NCBI RefSeq assembly: GCF_000143415.4
Contig: NW_003314264.1
Span: forward strand, 1,993,710-2,057,709
Origin: Selaginella moellendorffii
Taxonomy: Eukaryota; Plantae; Lycopodiophyta
DNA length: 64,000 nucleotides
Reading direction: 5' to 3'
Shown here: positions 36,901 through 50,680 of the stretch, in pieces
Numbering within the stretch: the stretch's first letter is position 1
How the letters are laid out: each line of letters opens with the position of its first letter
Notes under the pieces: generated by a model
Told to the model about the DNA's origin: nothing
What the model saw: only the letters and a program-made list of their open reading frames with translations
The model's database searches: none
Program-made: the position numbers and the translations under genes

Positions 36901-39900
36901 CAGGGACGAGACGCATATAATAACGTCATCTGCGGATACTGTAGAACCATCACCTGCGGATTCGATGCAAGCTCTAGTTCCTGCTCCGGCCCAAGTTGTG
37001 GTAGAGAGCTTGCCGGTAGGCTCTGGACGCTTGGTCTGTAACTGGCCCGAGTTTTGGCGAGAGTTCAGCCTCGATCACAATCGAGCTGATCTGATATGGA
37101 ACGAACGAACCCGGCAAGAGTTACGGGAGGCACTGACTACAGAAGTCCACCTCTTAGATGTTGAAAAGGAACGATCTACCAGCATCGAGGCGCTCGGTGT
37201 TGCAGTGCCAGACGAGAATCAGACTGCTCTGAGCCAGCTATCTTGGAACTATGCCGAGTTCTCCGTCCGATATCCGAGTCTTTCCAAAGAAGTCTGTGTT
37301 GGACAGTACTACTTGAGGCTGCTTCTCGAAGGTGGTGAAGGGTCGGAAAGCCATGCTCAAGACTTCCCGTTGAGAGATCCTGCTGCTTTCTTCAGAGCAC
37401 TCTACCACCGGTTTCTTTGTGACGCGGATATGGGTCTTACAGTGGAAGGGGCCGATCCAAGTGAACTAGTTGCGTCTGGGGACTGGTGCGATATGGCTGG
37501 GCTTGACGGCTTTGGTGGTGGTGGTGGCTTTTCCGTGCGAGAACTATGTGCAAGAGCTATGACCATTGTCTACGAGCAGCATTGTCAAGCTATCGGTGCC
37601 TTTGATGGCACCGCACATATCACGGTTCTACTTGACAGAACGAATGACAGAGCACTCCGGCATCGACTTTTACTTCTCCTGAAAGTAAGAAAATATATAT
37701 TTGTTTCTTTCATGTTTTTGCTGTGTCTCGTAGGTTCTAGTCAAGGTGCCGGCGAATGCTGAGGCGTGCATTTCAGTTGGGGGATGTACCTTGGTCGTGG
37801 ACCTTTTGACAACTTCCCATGAAGCTTCAGAGAGAACGTCCATACCTCTGCAATCGAACTTAATTGCTGCCTCTGCGTTCATCGAGCCTCAGAAAGTCTG
37901 GCACTATGTTGACCTGGAAGGAAAGCAAGTTGGACCTGTTGAAAAGGACTCCATCAGGCGGGCATGGTCTAAGCAAGAAATAGGCTGGAACTCAAAATGT
38001 TGGGGATCAGGGATGACTGATTGGAAGCGGCTGCGAAGTATTCGTGAGTTGCGGTGGGCTTTATCTGGCCGCGTGGGTATTTTGACACCAAAACAGGTGC
38101 GTTCGTTTGAATTGCGTCTTGAATAAGCTTACGTTTTTTTTTTCAGGTTGGCGAAGTTGCTTTGTCTATTCTGCACAGCATGGTTTCTGTACACTCCGAT
38201 CTAGATGACGCTGGGGAGCTTGTTGTACCAATTCCTAGAGTCAAGAGAATTCTTTCAAGCTCCCGCTGCCTTCCGCATGTTGCACAGGTGGGGTGTCTGA
38301 AGCTATTTTGATGTTTTTTTTTTTTTTTTTCCTGACGCCGATTTATGCAGGCAATGCTAACGGGAGAGCCTGCCATCGTGGAAGGAGCAGCTTCTTTATT
38401 GAAGGCAATCGTTACTCGTAATCCTCAAGCAATGGTCAGGCTTTACAACACTGGTGCCTTTTATTTTGCACTCTCTTATGGAGGTTCAAACCTGAGTTCC
38501 ATCGCCAGTCTATTTGCTGTCACTCATGTTCATCAAGCATTTCATGGTGGTGCGGAAGCAGCTGTTTCTTCTTCTTTACCTTTGGCCAAACGAAGTGTTC
38601 TCGGTGGATTACTGCCCGAGTCATTGTTATATGTGCTGGAAAGAAGCGGCTCCCCTTCGTTTGCTTTGGCAATGGTCGCTGATTCGGATACACCAGAAAT
38701 AATTTGGACTCATAAGATGCGTGGGGAGCGTCTTATAGATCAGGTGCGTTGGACTCTTGTTGTTTGAACTTTTTGTCTGACTTTATCTCTGCAGACACTA
38801 AAACACCTTGGAGAGTTTCCGGCAAAGTTGTCTCAGTTTTCCCATTGCTTATATGAATATGCACCTATGCCTCCTGTGACATATCCAGAGCTGCAAGATG
38901 AAATGTGGTGTCATCGTTATTACCTTCGAAATCTTTGCGACGAGATCAGGTTCCCGGATTGGCCGATTGTCGAACATGTGGAGTTCCTCCAGTCTTTGCT
39001 TAGTATGTGGCGTGAAGAGCTCACGAGACGTCCAATGGATCTTTCGGAGGAAGAAGCTTGCTCTATCTTGGAAATTTCCTTGGACGAGGATGAGACATCT
39101 TCACACAACGCTGAGCCCCCTGAAGATGAAGAAGGCAAAGTACCTAGTAAACTTTCTGGGCGGGTTGACGAGGACCTTCTTAAACGACAATACAGGAAGA
39201 TGGCTATGAAATATCATCCAGACAAAAACCCGGAAGGCCGAGAAAAGTTCGTTGCAGTCCAAAAAGCATACGAGCGTTTGCAGGTATGTGTTAAGGTGGC
39301 AGTAGGCAACTGTCTCAGCTCTGATGGTTTATTTCAGGCTACTTTGCAAGGACTTCAGGGACCTCAACCATGGAGATTAAGGCTGTTATTGAAAGGGCAG
39401 TGTATACTGTTTAGAAGATACGGAGACGTGTTGGAACCTTTCAAATATGCTGGATATCCGATGCTGCTGCAAGCGATAACCGTTGATAGCGAGGACAACA
39501 ATTTTCTCTCGTCCGAACGGGCTCCGCTTTTGGAAGCTGCAACAGAGCTCGCATGGTTAACGTGAGTTTCCAAGTTCGGTCAGTAGTTTGCTGGTTCTGA
39601 CCGTTTTGCTCCTGCAGGTGCTTGTCTTCAGCCTTAAATGGTGAGGAGCTTGTGCGAGATGGTGGAGTGCCTCTTCTAGCAACGCTTCTTTCGCGTTGTA
39701 TGTATGTTGTGCAGCCGAACACAGCACCAAACGATCCAGCTGCGGTCATAGTCACGAACGTGATGCGGTCTTTCGCCGTAATAAGTACATTTGGAAGCGC
39801 CCTGCAGGAAATAGTGATGTGTCCGGGATTCGTGGAAGATGCTGTACATTGTGCTGAACTGGAGCTTGCAACTTCTGCTGTAGACGCTGCTCTGCAAACC

Positions 39901-42853
39901 ATTGGTCTACTTGCTGCTGCTCAAGATCTTCAGAATAAGCTGCTTAATGCTGGAGTCTTCTGGTATGCTTTGTTAAAGTGTTTATGTGCTGATACTTACA
40001 GATAAAACTGCAGGTATCTATTACCTTTGCTTTTGCAATACGACTCTACCGCAGAAGATGGCGATGCGACGGAGCCTCATGCTGTTGGCAATAGTGTCCA
40101 GGCTGCCAAGAATACACATGCAGTATTAGCAGCCAAGGCTTTGTCTCGAATATGGGGTATTTTGGATGACAAACTTAGTAGTCCCCACAATCCTACGGCA
40201 GCAACTGTATTGCGATCGTTGTTGACACCGAAGCTAGCATCACTGCTCCGCGAGGAGTCCCCGAAGGAGCTTTTGCTTAAGCTTAACTCGAACTTGGAAT
40301 CGCCCGAGGTACAAGAGTTGTTTTATTTAGGACTTTTCAGCTCCTTATTCTTGCCAATTGCACAGATAATTTGGAATTCCACGACAAGGTCGGAGCTTCT
40401 CAAGTTTATTGAGAAGGAACGTGTTTCTCCTTGTCCAGATGGATCTTTCGACATGTCTGCTGCCCAGGAGTTCAAATATAAGACTTTGAGCAACGAACTG
40501 CACGTTGGTGACGTCTATCTCAGAGTTTACAACGAGCAGCCAGATTTCAAAATTAGCGAACCGGATCTATTCTGTGAAAATCTGATGCGATACATCTGTG
40601 CGATCGTCGAACAGAGGAAAAACGCTGACAAAGAACACGCAACTATATCGCAGCCTGACGGTGAAGAAGAAAGTTCCGAGGGAAACAAAAAGGAGTCCGG
40701 CGCTATACTTGTTGAAAACTTGACAATGGCACTTACGTCCTTGCAGGTAATGACGCTCAATTGTTTTTGTGTTTTGTTATCATCTTTTTTTTTTCTTTTC
40801 AGAATTTACTGACTGCAAACCCTGGACTGTGCTCTGTATTTTCCACCAAGGAGCAAGTGGCGCCGTTATTGGAGTGCCTTTTGGACACAGAGCCTGGAAG
40901 TGGTCAAATACCGGAGCTATGTTTGAGTATCCTCTCACAATTGACGTCCTTCGCTCCCTGCGTGGAAGCCATAGCAAGCGACAGATCTGGATTACTACTA
41001 CTTTTGCAACTGCTGCTGACTTCACCGGCCTGCAGAGATGGAACGCTACGTGTTTTGTATGCTCTTGCAAGTACTTCTGAGCTTGCTTGGGCAGCTGCAA
41101 AGCATGGAGGCGTAGTCTACATTCTCCAGCTTCTTTTACCCCTTCAAGGTTTGTCCGGGACCTTTTAAGAATTTGGGCTAACTTCACATTGCAGAAGAAA
41201 TACCCAGTCAACAGCGGGCTGCAGCAGCTTCTTTGTTGGGTAAACTTCTCAGCCAGCCTATGCATGGTCCAAGAGTAGCTATTACTCTCGGTCGGTTTTT
41301 GCCGGATGGCTTAGTCTCTGTCGTCAGGGACGGACCTGGTGAAGCTGTTGTGATAGCACTTGAGCAAACTACTGAGACTCCTGAGCTTGTATGGACTCCT
41401 GCTATGGCAACTTCTTTGAGTGCGCAACTCGCCACTATGGCTGCTGATCTCTATCGGGAGCAAACGAAAGGAAGAGTTTTGGAGTGGGACTTACCGGAAC
41501 AACCAGCTGGTCAGCAAGATATGCGTGATGAGCCTCAGGTAGATTTTTTTTAATTCCTCGATCTTTGATCTATCGTAACGCTTTTATTTCTTGCTGTGCA
41601 GGTTGGCGGCGTGTACGTAAGATTGTTCCTGAAAGATCCGAAGTTTCCTCTTCGGAATCCCAAGAGGTTTTTGGAAGGACTTCTGGATCAGTATGTAGCC
41701 GCCGCTGCCGCGACTCATGCAAGAGGACCTCAACCTGCAGATGCCGAACTTCCTTTGCTGCTCTCAGCAGCACTAGTGTCGCTTCTACGGGTTCAGCCCG
41801 CTCTTGCTGATCATGCCGGTCACCTGGGATATGTTCCAAAACTCGTGGCTGCTATGGCCAAGGAAGGACGAAGGGAGATTATGTCGTCAGCAGAGATAAT
41901 GGTCTCGACTGGTGGTATCAAGGACGAGTCTTGGGATTTGGACGATGGTGACAAGGGCCAAACACTACAGGAACGCGTCAGATTGAGCTGCTTGCGAGTT
42001 CTTCATCAACTTGCTTCCAGCACAGTGTGTGCCGAAGCCATGGCAACGTCTGGACTCGGCTCTCCACAGGTACCAATTCTAGCAAACATTATACTCTTGT
42101 CATAACTGGAACCTTGTAATACGTTTCAGGTTGTTCCTCTTTTGGTGAAGGCCATTGGATGGCAAGGCGGTAGTGTTCTCGCTTTGGAAACATTAAAGCG
42201 AGTGACGGCCGCGGGTAATCGTGCGCGTGATGCTCTAGTGGCCCAAGGATTGAAGTAAGCTTTTTTTTTTTTCTTTTTTTTTCTTTTTTCTTCTTTTTCG
42301 TCTTGTGTTTATGTTAATGTCTCCATTCTACAGGGTTGGACTCGTGGAGATCTTGCTAGGATTGCTTGATTGGCGAGCCGGTGGCAGAAACGGTTTGTGC
42401 CAGCAAATGAAGTGGAACGAGTCCGAGGCATCAGTTGGGCGAGTCTTAGCCGTCGAGGTTCGTCCTTCTCTCTATTATGAGTTAACGCCAAGCGCTCTGC
42501 GCTCTAACAACCCTGCTCTATAACAGATTCTACGTGCCTTTGGCGAGGAAGGCGCTCACTCTGCCAGAGTTCAGGAGATTTTAAATTTGTCCGAGGTATG
42601 AGAGACACTTTCTTCGTTGGTCTTCGTTGTCCTCACCTTTTCCAACTCCACGTTCCAGGTGTGGAATGCATACAAAGACCAGAAGCACGACTTGTTCCTG
42701 CCATCAAACTCTCAGATGGCCGCGGCTGGAATAGCTGGCCTGATCGAAGGCTCCACCGCCGGTGTCACTTACTCGTTGCCAGCTCCATCCGGCGCGAAAT
42801 CTCCTCGAGTCAAGGTAACACCGGGGCCTTCTCACATTCCTCCTTTGGATTGA
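33986..42853 (+). CDS. GRV2: DnaJ homolog subfamily C GRV2/KAM2 (RME-8/DNAJC13 orthologue), multi-exon
   Basis: '[14 protein letters not shown]', IWN repeats ('[11 protein letters not shown]', '[11 protein letters not shown]'), a GYF-like segment, the J-domain '[15 protein letters not shown]' and the C-terminal '[14 protein letters not shown]'. Confidence 0.97.
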
Positions 42854-43214
42854 GACTACGGGATATGTTTGTATCATAGCAACAGCTTTAGAGGCCTCCG
42901 CTCAAAACATTTGGTACGGTACATATTTGGAATTTTCGGGTCAGGTCAGCTTGTAAATTCTTTGTATAATTCGCACTCGCTGTTAATAAGAGGGAGAGAG
43001 ATAGCTTCGTGTTTTTTACGCCTACCACCGCGTCACAGAGCAGTCCAGGTGATGGAAACGATGATCATGCGACAAAAGAAGTATTTTTCAAACCGCCACC
43101 ACCGCTTCTCATGATTTCTATCAGCACTCTGAAGCAACCGGTACGTTTTCTGATAAGTATTTAGTCACCGCTTTGTGTTGGAGTGTGCTTGCTTTACTCA
43201 AAAGAGTGAAGAAA

Positions 43215-43961
43215 ATGAGAGTGTTTTGGTTGCTTGTCTTGCTGGTTCTCACAAGCTGGGATTCTACGCAGAGCAGCGGCAGTGATGATCTTCGTGAGCT
43301 CTCGAGTGGCGGGGATCAGCGTGTTCACTTGCCGCCATTTCCTCATCGCAAGCACCACCCGCCGCCTCCATTCTTCTACCGGTCGCCACCTCCGCCATCG
43401 CCTCCACCGCCGTCGCCACCTCCGCCACCATCGCCACCTCCACCGCCGCCGCCGCACCACCACCACTTGGCTCCCTTTCCTCATCGCAAACACCACCCGC
43501 CGCCTCCATTCTTCTACCTGTCGCCACCTCCGCCATCGCCACCACCACCTCACAGGCATCCTACAAGGCATCCATGCCTTGGAAAGCGCGAGTTTTCTCC
43601 ACTTAAGCTGGTCATCCAAGGCAGGGTCGTGTACAAGATCGACAAAGGACTCGAAGGTAAGCAAGCTTATCAGATGCGATTAACAGATGGCTAAGACTAC
43701 CTTCTTTCTTATCAAGGTGCGAGAGTTAAGGTGGAATGCTTCACAGGCACAGACGCTAAGGACGCCTATGGATACACCAATTCCTTTGGAAACTATGAGG
43801 TGATGGTGAGCGGCCTGGAGATTGGCACGGCTGATATCAATTACTGCGCGACCTCTCTTGCCGGAGGTGGAAAAACACGCGAGAGAAGTAGCGATCTTAC
43901 TCTAAAATTTGTGACAAAGAAGGAAGTAGTGCTCCAAGCCAAAGATATAGTGGCCACTTGA
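43215..43961 (+). CDS. Secreted chimeric extensin / Pollen Ole e1-like protein (intron 43657-43716)
   Basis: Signal peptide, duplicated 'PFPHRKHHPPPPFFY.SPPPPSPPPP' block, then Ole e1-like 'VIQGRV...LEGARVKVEC.....GYTNSFGNYEV'. Confidence 0.8.
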
Positions 43962-44285
43962 TAGATAATGTTAAAAGCTCTACAGTTTAAATTATGGCCG
44001 TTGGATTGTCCCTATATTCTTGGTCGATTCTTGGTCGATTCCATGGTTCTCTGGCAGGCTCTCTCCTGGTAAGTTTCTTCTAGCGGCTTAGTTCTTTCTT
44101 TCCAATTTGTGGCTGGGTTTAGTTCTTTCGTTGCAATTGGCTGGGCTAAAATGGTTTTGGTGGAGTGTAGCGAATTATCTCTAAGTTTCGAAGATTTTGG
44201 AGAGGGATTTTTTCTTGCTGCGTGATCACGCCGGTTTGGGTTGTCAAGGCGTGATCCTTGTGATCGAGCTAGCTTCGCGAGATGG

Positions 44286-45462
44286 ATGGAAGAACCCTGG
44301 ACATGGTTTGTTCTTATCTATGAGATTTTTTGTTTAAAAAGATCTTTAGCTTACTTTGCAAACCAGGTGGATTGAGAGATCTTCCATAGCGGACATGTCC
44401 ATCAACGAGCTCTATCTTCTCTCCCAGGTGATGAGCACGTATCCCCGCCAGTGGAATGCGGCTCTCAAGCGCTCGCTTCTCATGGTAAGTCACGAGGAAT
44501 TAGAATAAAAAAGAGGTTTTGGTCTTACTGGAAAAAATCGCGTCCAGGATATCGCGGTTCTTGCGAACGAGAACAGAGATAACGACGTTCATGCCCGGAT
44601 AAATCGTCTCAACGAGTTTCTCCTAGCTCCGCTGGCCAGGATAGTGCTCACCGAGAGAGAAGCGATGAAGTCGTCCAGAGAGGCGGCGGCTGCGCGAGAG
44701 CAGCAGCTCAATGCGGCGGTGGCGGCGCTGCAAGACGAGAAGGAGGCGGTGTCAAAGCAGCTCGAGGAGGAGAAGGAGCAAACCTTGCAGCAGAACATGT
44801 TCATCGAGACTCTCCTCAAGTAAAAAACTTCTTTTGTTTCATCGCTTTTGTAGAGTTCGTTCGAATGACCTCTCGTTCTTTCCTGTGCCATGTACAGTGA
44901 TATGGACAAGATGGCCAAACTTAGCGATCACCGGAAGAAGAAGATCCTCCAGCTGCAGCACACGCTGTTCGTCAAGGACTTGCAAATCCACAGGCTTACG
45001 TCCGGCGAGCGGGAGCAGCCAGACTCTCAGGTCCAGAGCTTCGAAGACAGCATCAAAGACTGCCTCCAGTGGGTTTCTGCAGCTGAAACAAAGACGACAA
45101 TGGTGTCTCACTCACTGGATGACGACCAGAGCTCGTCAAGAGCTCCGGTTTGCAGCACGTCATCAGTCTCCAGCAATCTTGGAAGTGGCATGACCACGTC
45201 AGGCCCGGATCCACAGAAGCAGAAACTTGAACAACAAAGCATTCCAGTGTCACTCCAAGATGACGTGGGGTTGCTCCAACTGGTTCTTGCCGGACTTTGG
45301 CACGAAGGCGTGACGAGCGTGAAGATAATACAAGACTCTGGTTTGTGCTCTGTACCGTCAGCAGTGGTACATTTTTGGCTGGGACTTGCCACGCGCATTG
45401 CGAGCCGCATGGCAGAGACGGTACAAGACTCGGCCTTGGGATTGTTTTCCCAGCTCCTGTAA
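44286..45462 (+). CDS. Uncharacterised coiled-coil protein (4 exons predicted)
   Basis: GT-AG splices (about 44305/44367, 44484/44548, 44819/44898) join an open frame MEEPWTWWIERSSIADMSINELYLL...REQQLNAAVAALQDEKEAVSKQLEEEKEQ...FSQLL*. No recognised domain. Confidence 0.55.
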
Positions 45463-48338
45463 ACGTCGGGCCACAGTACTGGCCAGCCTAGGACACGTAA
45501 AACCTTGTCTAGAGCTGCAATAAGCAGGACAAAAAGGAAAGCTGGAAGTTGCTAGTGAGGCAAGACGTCAATGAGCAAGAAGAAACAACAAGGAAGAGAT
45601 CATAAAGTATAAGGCAAGCAAAGGAAAACAAAGATTCGACGACGATGTTGACTATTAGCAACGATGCCGCTGCTCGTCAAGAGGGTCATGCAGACACTTG
45701 TTCGCGGGAATAAATGGCACAGGTTCAGGACCGATATGACGACGGCTGCTTTCACGACTCACGAGAGAAGTGGACGAAATCTCTCCCTCTCTTTCCCAGA
45801 CTAGTAAGAATAAGTACCTTGAACAGTGTGGACCAGAGAACATGATCGACGACAGCCGAAGGGAAGGTGCTCTTCATCAGCGTCCTAAGTACGTGCTGCT
45901 GCCACTGCAAAGGAGTTAACAGATCGATCAGCCAGGTAAACTGTTTTCAAAAGGAGTGAAAGAAAACAGAAGAAAGATTGCAGTACTTACAAAAGTAGTA
46001 GGGTCCCTCCCAGGTTATCAGGAATAAAGTATCGCACTCAGACATCAGCCTAGTTCATCGTCCCCCGCGAGCTGCCGGTGCGCGCTCATAGGCTTGAGCT
46101 GGAATCCAAATGTCGAGTGCCCGAGTTCCACGTAGTATCCTATGCGAACGGTTGAAGGGACACCATCCACGGGTCAAGCTTTTCCTTTGCAACTGGACCG
46201 CTCGTCGTTTCCCATCGGTTTCAACGATGCCGTTCGGCCACCTCTTGGGCTCAGCGATTGGAAAACATTTGTCTGGAAGCCTATCATCTTCGTTAACGTC
46301 CGCATTTAAGGCTGTGTTGAAGTGGCTCGTTAGAAAATCAAAGCCACACTGGTTTTTTCCAGTTCCTCGTGAAGTTTTCCAGGCAGGAAAGCATTCTCTC
46401 GCCTGCGGAATGAATCGAGCTCATTAGTAGGGAAGTAAAGTAAGGACTCACTAAGTTGGTGAAGTTGCGAAGGTCCCGGAGCGAGCCGTTTTCTAGAGAA
46501 ATTCCACGGGAATATTATGGAAGGACGAGCAAGCAACTGCGACAATTATCATACCTTTGAATCCGGAAAGAGAGATCGATTCCAGTGGCCCCTGCTAGCG
46601 TCACTCACCAATGCATAAGTGACGAGATTCTGGAGTTTTAGTCAACATTCGGATTCACGGGAAACCATTTCTCTGACCAGCTCTCCCCTGTCTCGCTGTC
46701 CCGTGGAGACTTGTTCGCTTCTCCAGGACTGTCCGGAATAACATAAACAATGTTTGAGCCAAGGGTAGAAAATGAAACCCACCTGGAATGCTCCTGGTTA
46801 AAATGTCTCGCTTTCGGTCAGCGTTCGTGTTCCGATTCCTTACGTTTCCACGATTCTACAGATTCCGCCTCGAAAGTTGGTTTTTTTCTTTTCTTACATT
46901 CCCGAGAAGCGGTGGAGGCCATCATCGCATGAGGACACGGACACTCTACAGGAAAGTTTTCAGCTTTCCGTAGTGGCTCCCAGTAATTTCTTGTTGTCTG
47001 CTGCTACTAAAAACAAAAAAGTTCTTCCGATACGAGAAAAATGAAACTATTTCAAACAAACATGATCTTACTCGAGGTTGGAGTTGAGTACCGCCACCAT
47101 GTAGTGTAATGTAACTTACATTCTGTGGTCATCATGGAAGCATATTTCCTTCGCTCTTTTACTCGAGCATGCCAAGCTTGTTTGTTCTTACAATCATTTC
47201 GAGACTCCTTTCACGTGGTTATAGTACCACTGCAGCCTCCTGGACGCCTCCCAGAGATATGAGATATGTATCAATCCAAGCAGGTCAAATCGGTAAGAGT
47301 GTTGTTTACACATTCCTTGTCAATCAAACGCTACAGTTCAGTCTCTCATGAAGAAAAAAACGAAACACTTCAGAGACCTGTGCGGCGGTAGCAGACTGTG
47401 GCACGTTCAGAAGATCAGAGCTGCAAAACGAAGGTGCTAAAGCAAGTGTAGGGATCGAACCTGCGATGCCACCACTGATTCTGAAAGAGAACTTAAAAAA
47501 CCAAAAAGAAAAGAAGAAAATAACTATCCTATGAGAGAAAAGAAACTCCCCTCTGGCACAAGAAGCACGCCTGTAGCTTCGCCTCTGCCAGGCACCCGCT
47601 GTAAAACAATCTGTGATCTGAAAAATAAGAACGAAACAAAAGAGACACGGCGAGCATAGGACCGGTTCTACTCTTAAACTGGCAAAAAGAAGATCAAGGC
47701 TTTACCGTGATACTGTGAACCGCGTTGCATCCAGCTGCGTCCTGGCCATTACCAAGTGTAGTTTACTCCCGAGCTGCTAAAATGGCCCACAGCTGCACTC
47801 ACTAAAGAAACCAGCTGGCCGTAGAGACGAGGAGAATTGGCGAATAACAATCTCCAAAGGCCGGCCGTCTGGGGAACGTGGCTCTCACGTTCGTTCATTC
47901 TTCTCACACACTTGCCATGTTGTAACGAGCGTCGAGACTACTACCGTCTAGCTGCTGCTACAGTTTACTGGGCCCCAAGTCGCCATAGAAGACTTCGGAC
48001 TAGTCCCCGCCAGTATATATAAGTCCCAGAGGCAATCCACCGGAAGAGCAAGAAGGTTTCAGGGAGAAACACTTCCTTCTTCGTGGAGGAGGAGGAGAAG
48101 CCGGGACTAAAGGGGAGATTTCTTTTCAGGAATCTTCTGTTGTGTCTGAGAGAGCGCTGGTAAGCTTCTGCTTCTTCAATTCCGCAATGTGTGTGCCTTG
48201 CCTGCGATGCAGAGCTCGCCTGTACTTGCTTGCTCTCGAACTGCTCGAACAGCCTTCTGACGTTCTGTTCTTGATGTTTTTCCTTCTGTTCGTTTTTGCT
48301 TCTTCCAGCAGCAGGGAAAGAGAAGAGAGCCCGAGACC

Positions 48339-49582
48339 ATGGGGCCGCCCCGACGGACAAGAATGCCAATGGAGGCAACAGCAGCTCTGAGTTTGGTGGT
48401 GATCGCACTTGCGTTTGCTGCACAGGTCGAGGCGTCGCCTTACGAGTACAAGTCTCCGCCCCCGCCTGTTTACGAGACTCCTGCTCCAGTCTACAAGTAC
48501 AAATCTCCGCCCCCTCCACCACCGGTTTACAAGTACGCTTCTCCTCCCCCACCTGTTTATCACGCTCCTGCTCCTGTCTACAAATACAAATCCCCACCTC
48601 CGCCTGTCTACCACTACAGCTCCCCACCACCACCAGTCTACAAATACAAGTCACCACCTCCTCCAGTGTATCATGCTCCCGCCCCGGTCTACAAGTATAA
48701 GTCTCCTCCCCCGCCAGTCTATCACTACAGCTCGCCACCACCACCTGTTTACAAATACAAATCCCCGCCGCCACCTGTGTACCACGNNNNNNNNNNNNNN
48801 NNNNNNNNNNNNNNNNNNNNNNNNNNNNNNNNNNNNNNNNNNNNNNNNNNNNNNNNNNNNNNNNNNNNNNNNNNNNNNNNNNNNNNTGTGTACACGCCCC
48901 TGCTCCAGTTTACAAGTACGAATCTCCTCCGCCACCGGTGTACAAGTACAGCTCACCACCACCACCGGTTTACAAATACAAGTCGCCTCCTCCACCTGTT
49001 TACCACGCCCCGGCTCCAGTCTACAAGTACAAATCCCCGCCGCCACCGGTGTATCACTACACCTCCCCGCCACCACCTGTTTACAAGTATAAGTCTCCAC
49101 CGCCGCCTGTTTACCACGCTCCCGCCCCAGTCTACAAGTATAAGTCACCGCCGCCACCTGTTTACCACTACAGCTCCCCACCACCCCCGGTTTACAAGTA
49201 CAAATCTCCTCCTCCCCCTGTCTACCACGCTCCAGCACCGGTTTACAAGTATAAGTCTCCACCGCCACCGGTCTATCACTACAGCTCCCCGCCACCACCG
49301 GTGTACAAGTACAAGTCGCCACCACCGCCTGTGTACCACGCTCCAGCACCGGTTTACAAGTATAAGTCGCCTCCTCCACCTGTTTACCACTACAGCTCGC
49401 CACCACCGCCGGTCTACGAGTACAAATCCCCGCCACCTCCTGTGTACCACGCCCCGGCTCCAGTTTACAAGTATAAGTCACCACCGCCTCCGGTCTACAA
49501 GTACCAATCCCCGCCTCCACCGGTGTACCATTCCCCGGCGCCGGTTTACAAGTACCAGTCTCCTCCTCCTCCTGTTTATTAG
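48339..49582 (+). CDS. Classical extensin (Ser-Pro4 HRGP with YXY cross-linking motifs); spans an assembly gap
   Basis: A signal peptide is followed by tandem 'SPPPPVYHAPAPVYKYK-SPPPPVYHYS-SPPPPVYKYK' units. TATATAA lies near 48014. Confidence 0.93.
48787..48886. other. Assembly gap (100 N)
   Basis: A run of 100 N inside the extensin repeat array. Confidence 1.
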
Positions 49583-50060
49583 CTCGTCGCAAGCTAGAGG
49601 CACACGCATAAGGTGAGCAAAATCTCGTCGCTTACCAGGATCTCTGACGAACGTTTCTTTCTCGCTTTCTTTTCATTTTCTTTGATCCGATCCAGGTAGA
49701 AGATGACAACAAGTGCTGCAGGATTTTCCTTGAAATAAGGACACGCGTGGCCGCAGTGGAAACGGAGCTGCTGCACAGAAAAAGAGAGATGTGAGAACGC
49801 GAGTGTATATAGAAAACTGGACAAAAAGAAAACAAAGAAGCATCATCACAGGAGGCCATCCACGAAGTGTTCAGGGATTCTTTCGAGGGTTGGACGTTAC
49901 CTTGGTTCATCCCGGTTTTTCATAAAATAAGCTCGACGAGGGCGCAATGTTTTTTTTTTCTCCTTCTTCGTTGTTTACCTCTGATCGTTTGCTTGTTCTT
50001 CTAATGAACGCCTTTCCAGTTTGAACGATATATTCCTTCTGTAGCTTAGCTTTGTGATCG

Positions 50061-50250
50061 TCAAAGAAAAAATGCTCCTTGCCTGGAAAGATCGGTGATC
50101 ACAGCCAAGCTTTTGTGTACGTCAAAGAAAAATCCTCCTGGAAAGATCGGTGATCAGAGCCAATTTTTGTGTACCCGTGGATAGACATCAAAGAAAAAAT
50201 GCTCCTTGCCTGGAAATGAAAAAATGCTCCTCCTGGAAAGATCGGTGATG
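50061..50250. repeat. Imperfect tandem repeat (3-4 copies of a TCAAAGAAAAAATGCTCCT..CCTGGAAAGATCGGTGAT core)
   Basis: Copies start near 50061, 50122 and 50188, with a partial copy near 50218. Confidence 0.85.
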
Positions 50251-50567
50251 CTCGTCATTCATGCAAATCATCGAGTAGCCGTAGCGAAGCAAACTGGATC
50301 CACGATCGCGGCAAAATATTTCCAAATCCGGCGAGAAATCTTTCCATCGTCGCTTCCTCGCATCAAGAAAAAAGCCAGAGATCATAGAATCACCTTTAAA
50401 ACCTCCAGACGAATGGAAAATCTCCATCGCCAAGCCAGAGCCAGCGCCAGCGGGCGCCATCCCCTTCTTTCCGCCCTAGGGCTTTACAGAATATTCCCCA
50501 AATCTTTTCAAACAGTGGGATATGCTTCGAATAGGGCTCGAGCAAATAGGGTTTTGGCCGACGAGCA

Positions 50568-50633
50568 TTCCAGAAGCCTCTAGACGTTCTGTTTCTCTCC
50601 AAATAGAACGTCGAAGAAACGCGACGTATATAA
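50568..50633 (+). promoter_or_regulatory. Degenerate heat-shock elements plus TATA box of the sHSP gene
   Basis: TTCcaGAAgcCTCtaGAC (50568-50585), GAAcgTCGaaGAA (50606-50618) and TATATAA (50627-50633). Confidence 0.6.
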
Positions 50634-50680
50634 GCATTGTGGGTAGATTTCTTTGCGCATCCATCCATCCATCCAAGAAC

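Noticed and set aside
47440-47480. tRNA or SINE (B-box AGGTTCGATCCC on the minus strand)
   Set aside because: There is no A-box, acceptor stem or anticodon arm; it is an isolated motif.
45500-47900. Possible minus-strand gene with splice-like signals
   Set aside because: I could not assemble an open spliced frame or recognise any homology. It is left unannotated as a possible pseudogene or lncRNA.
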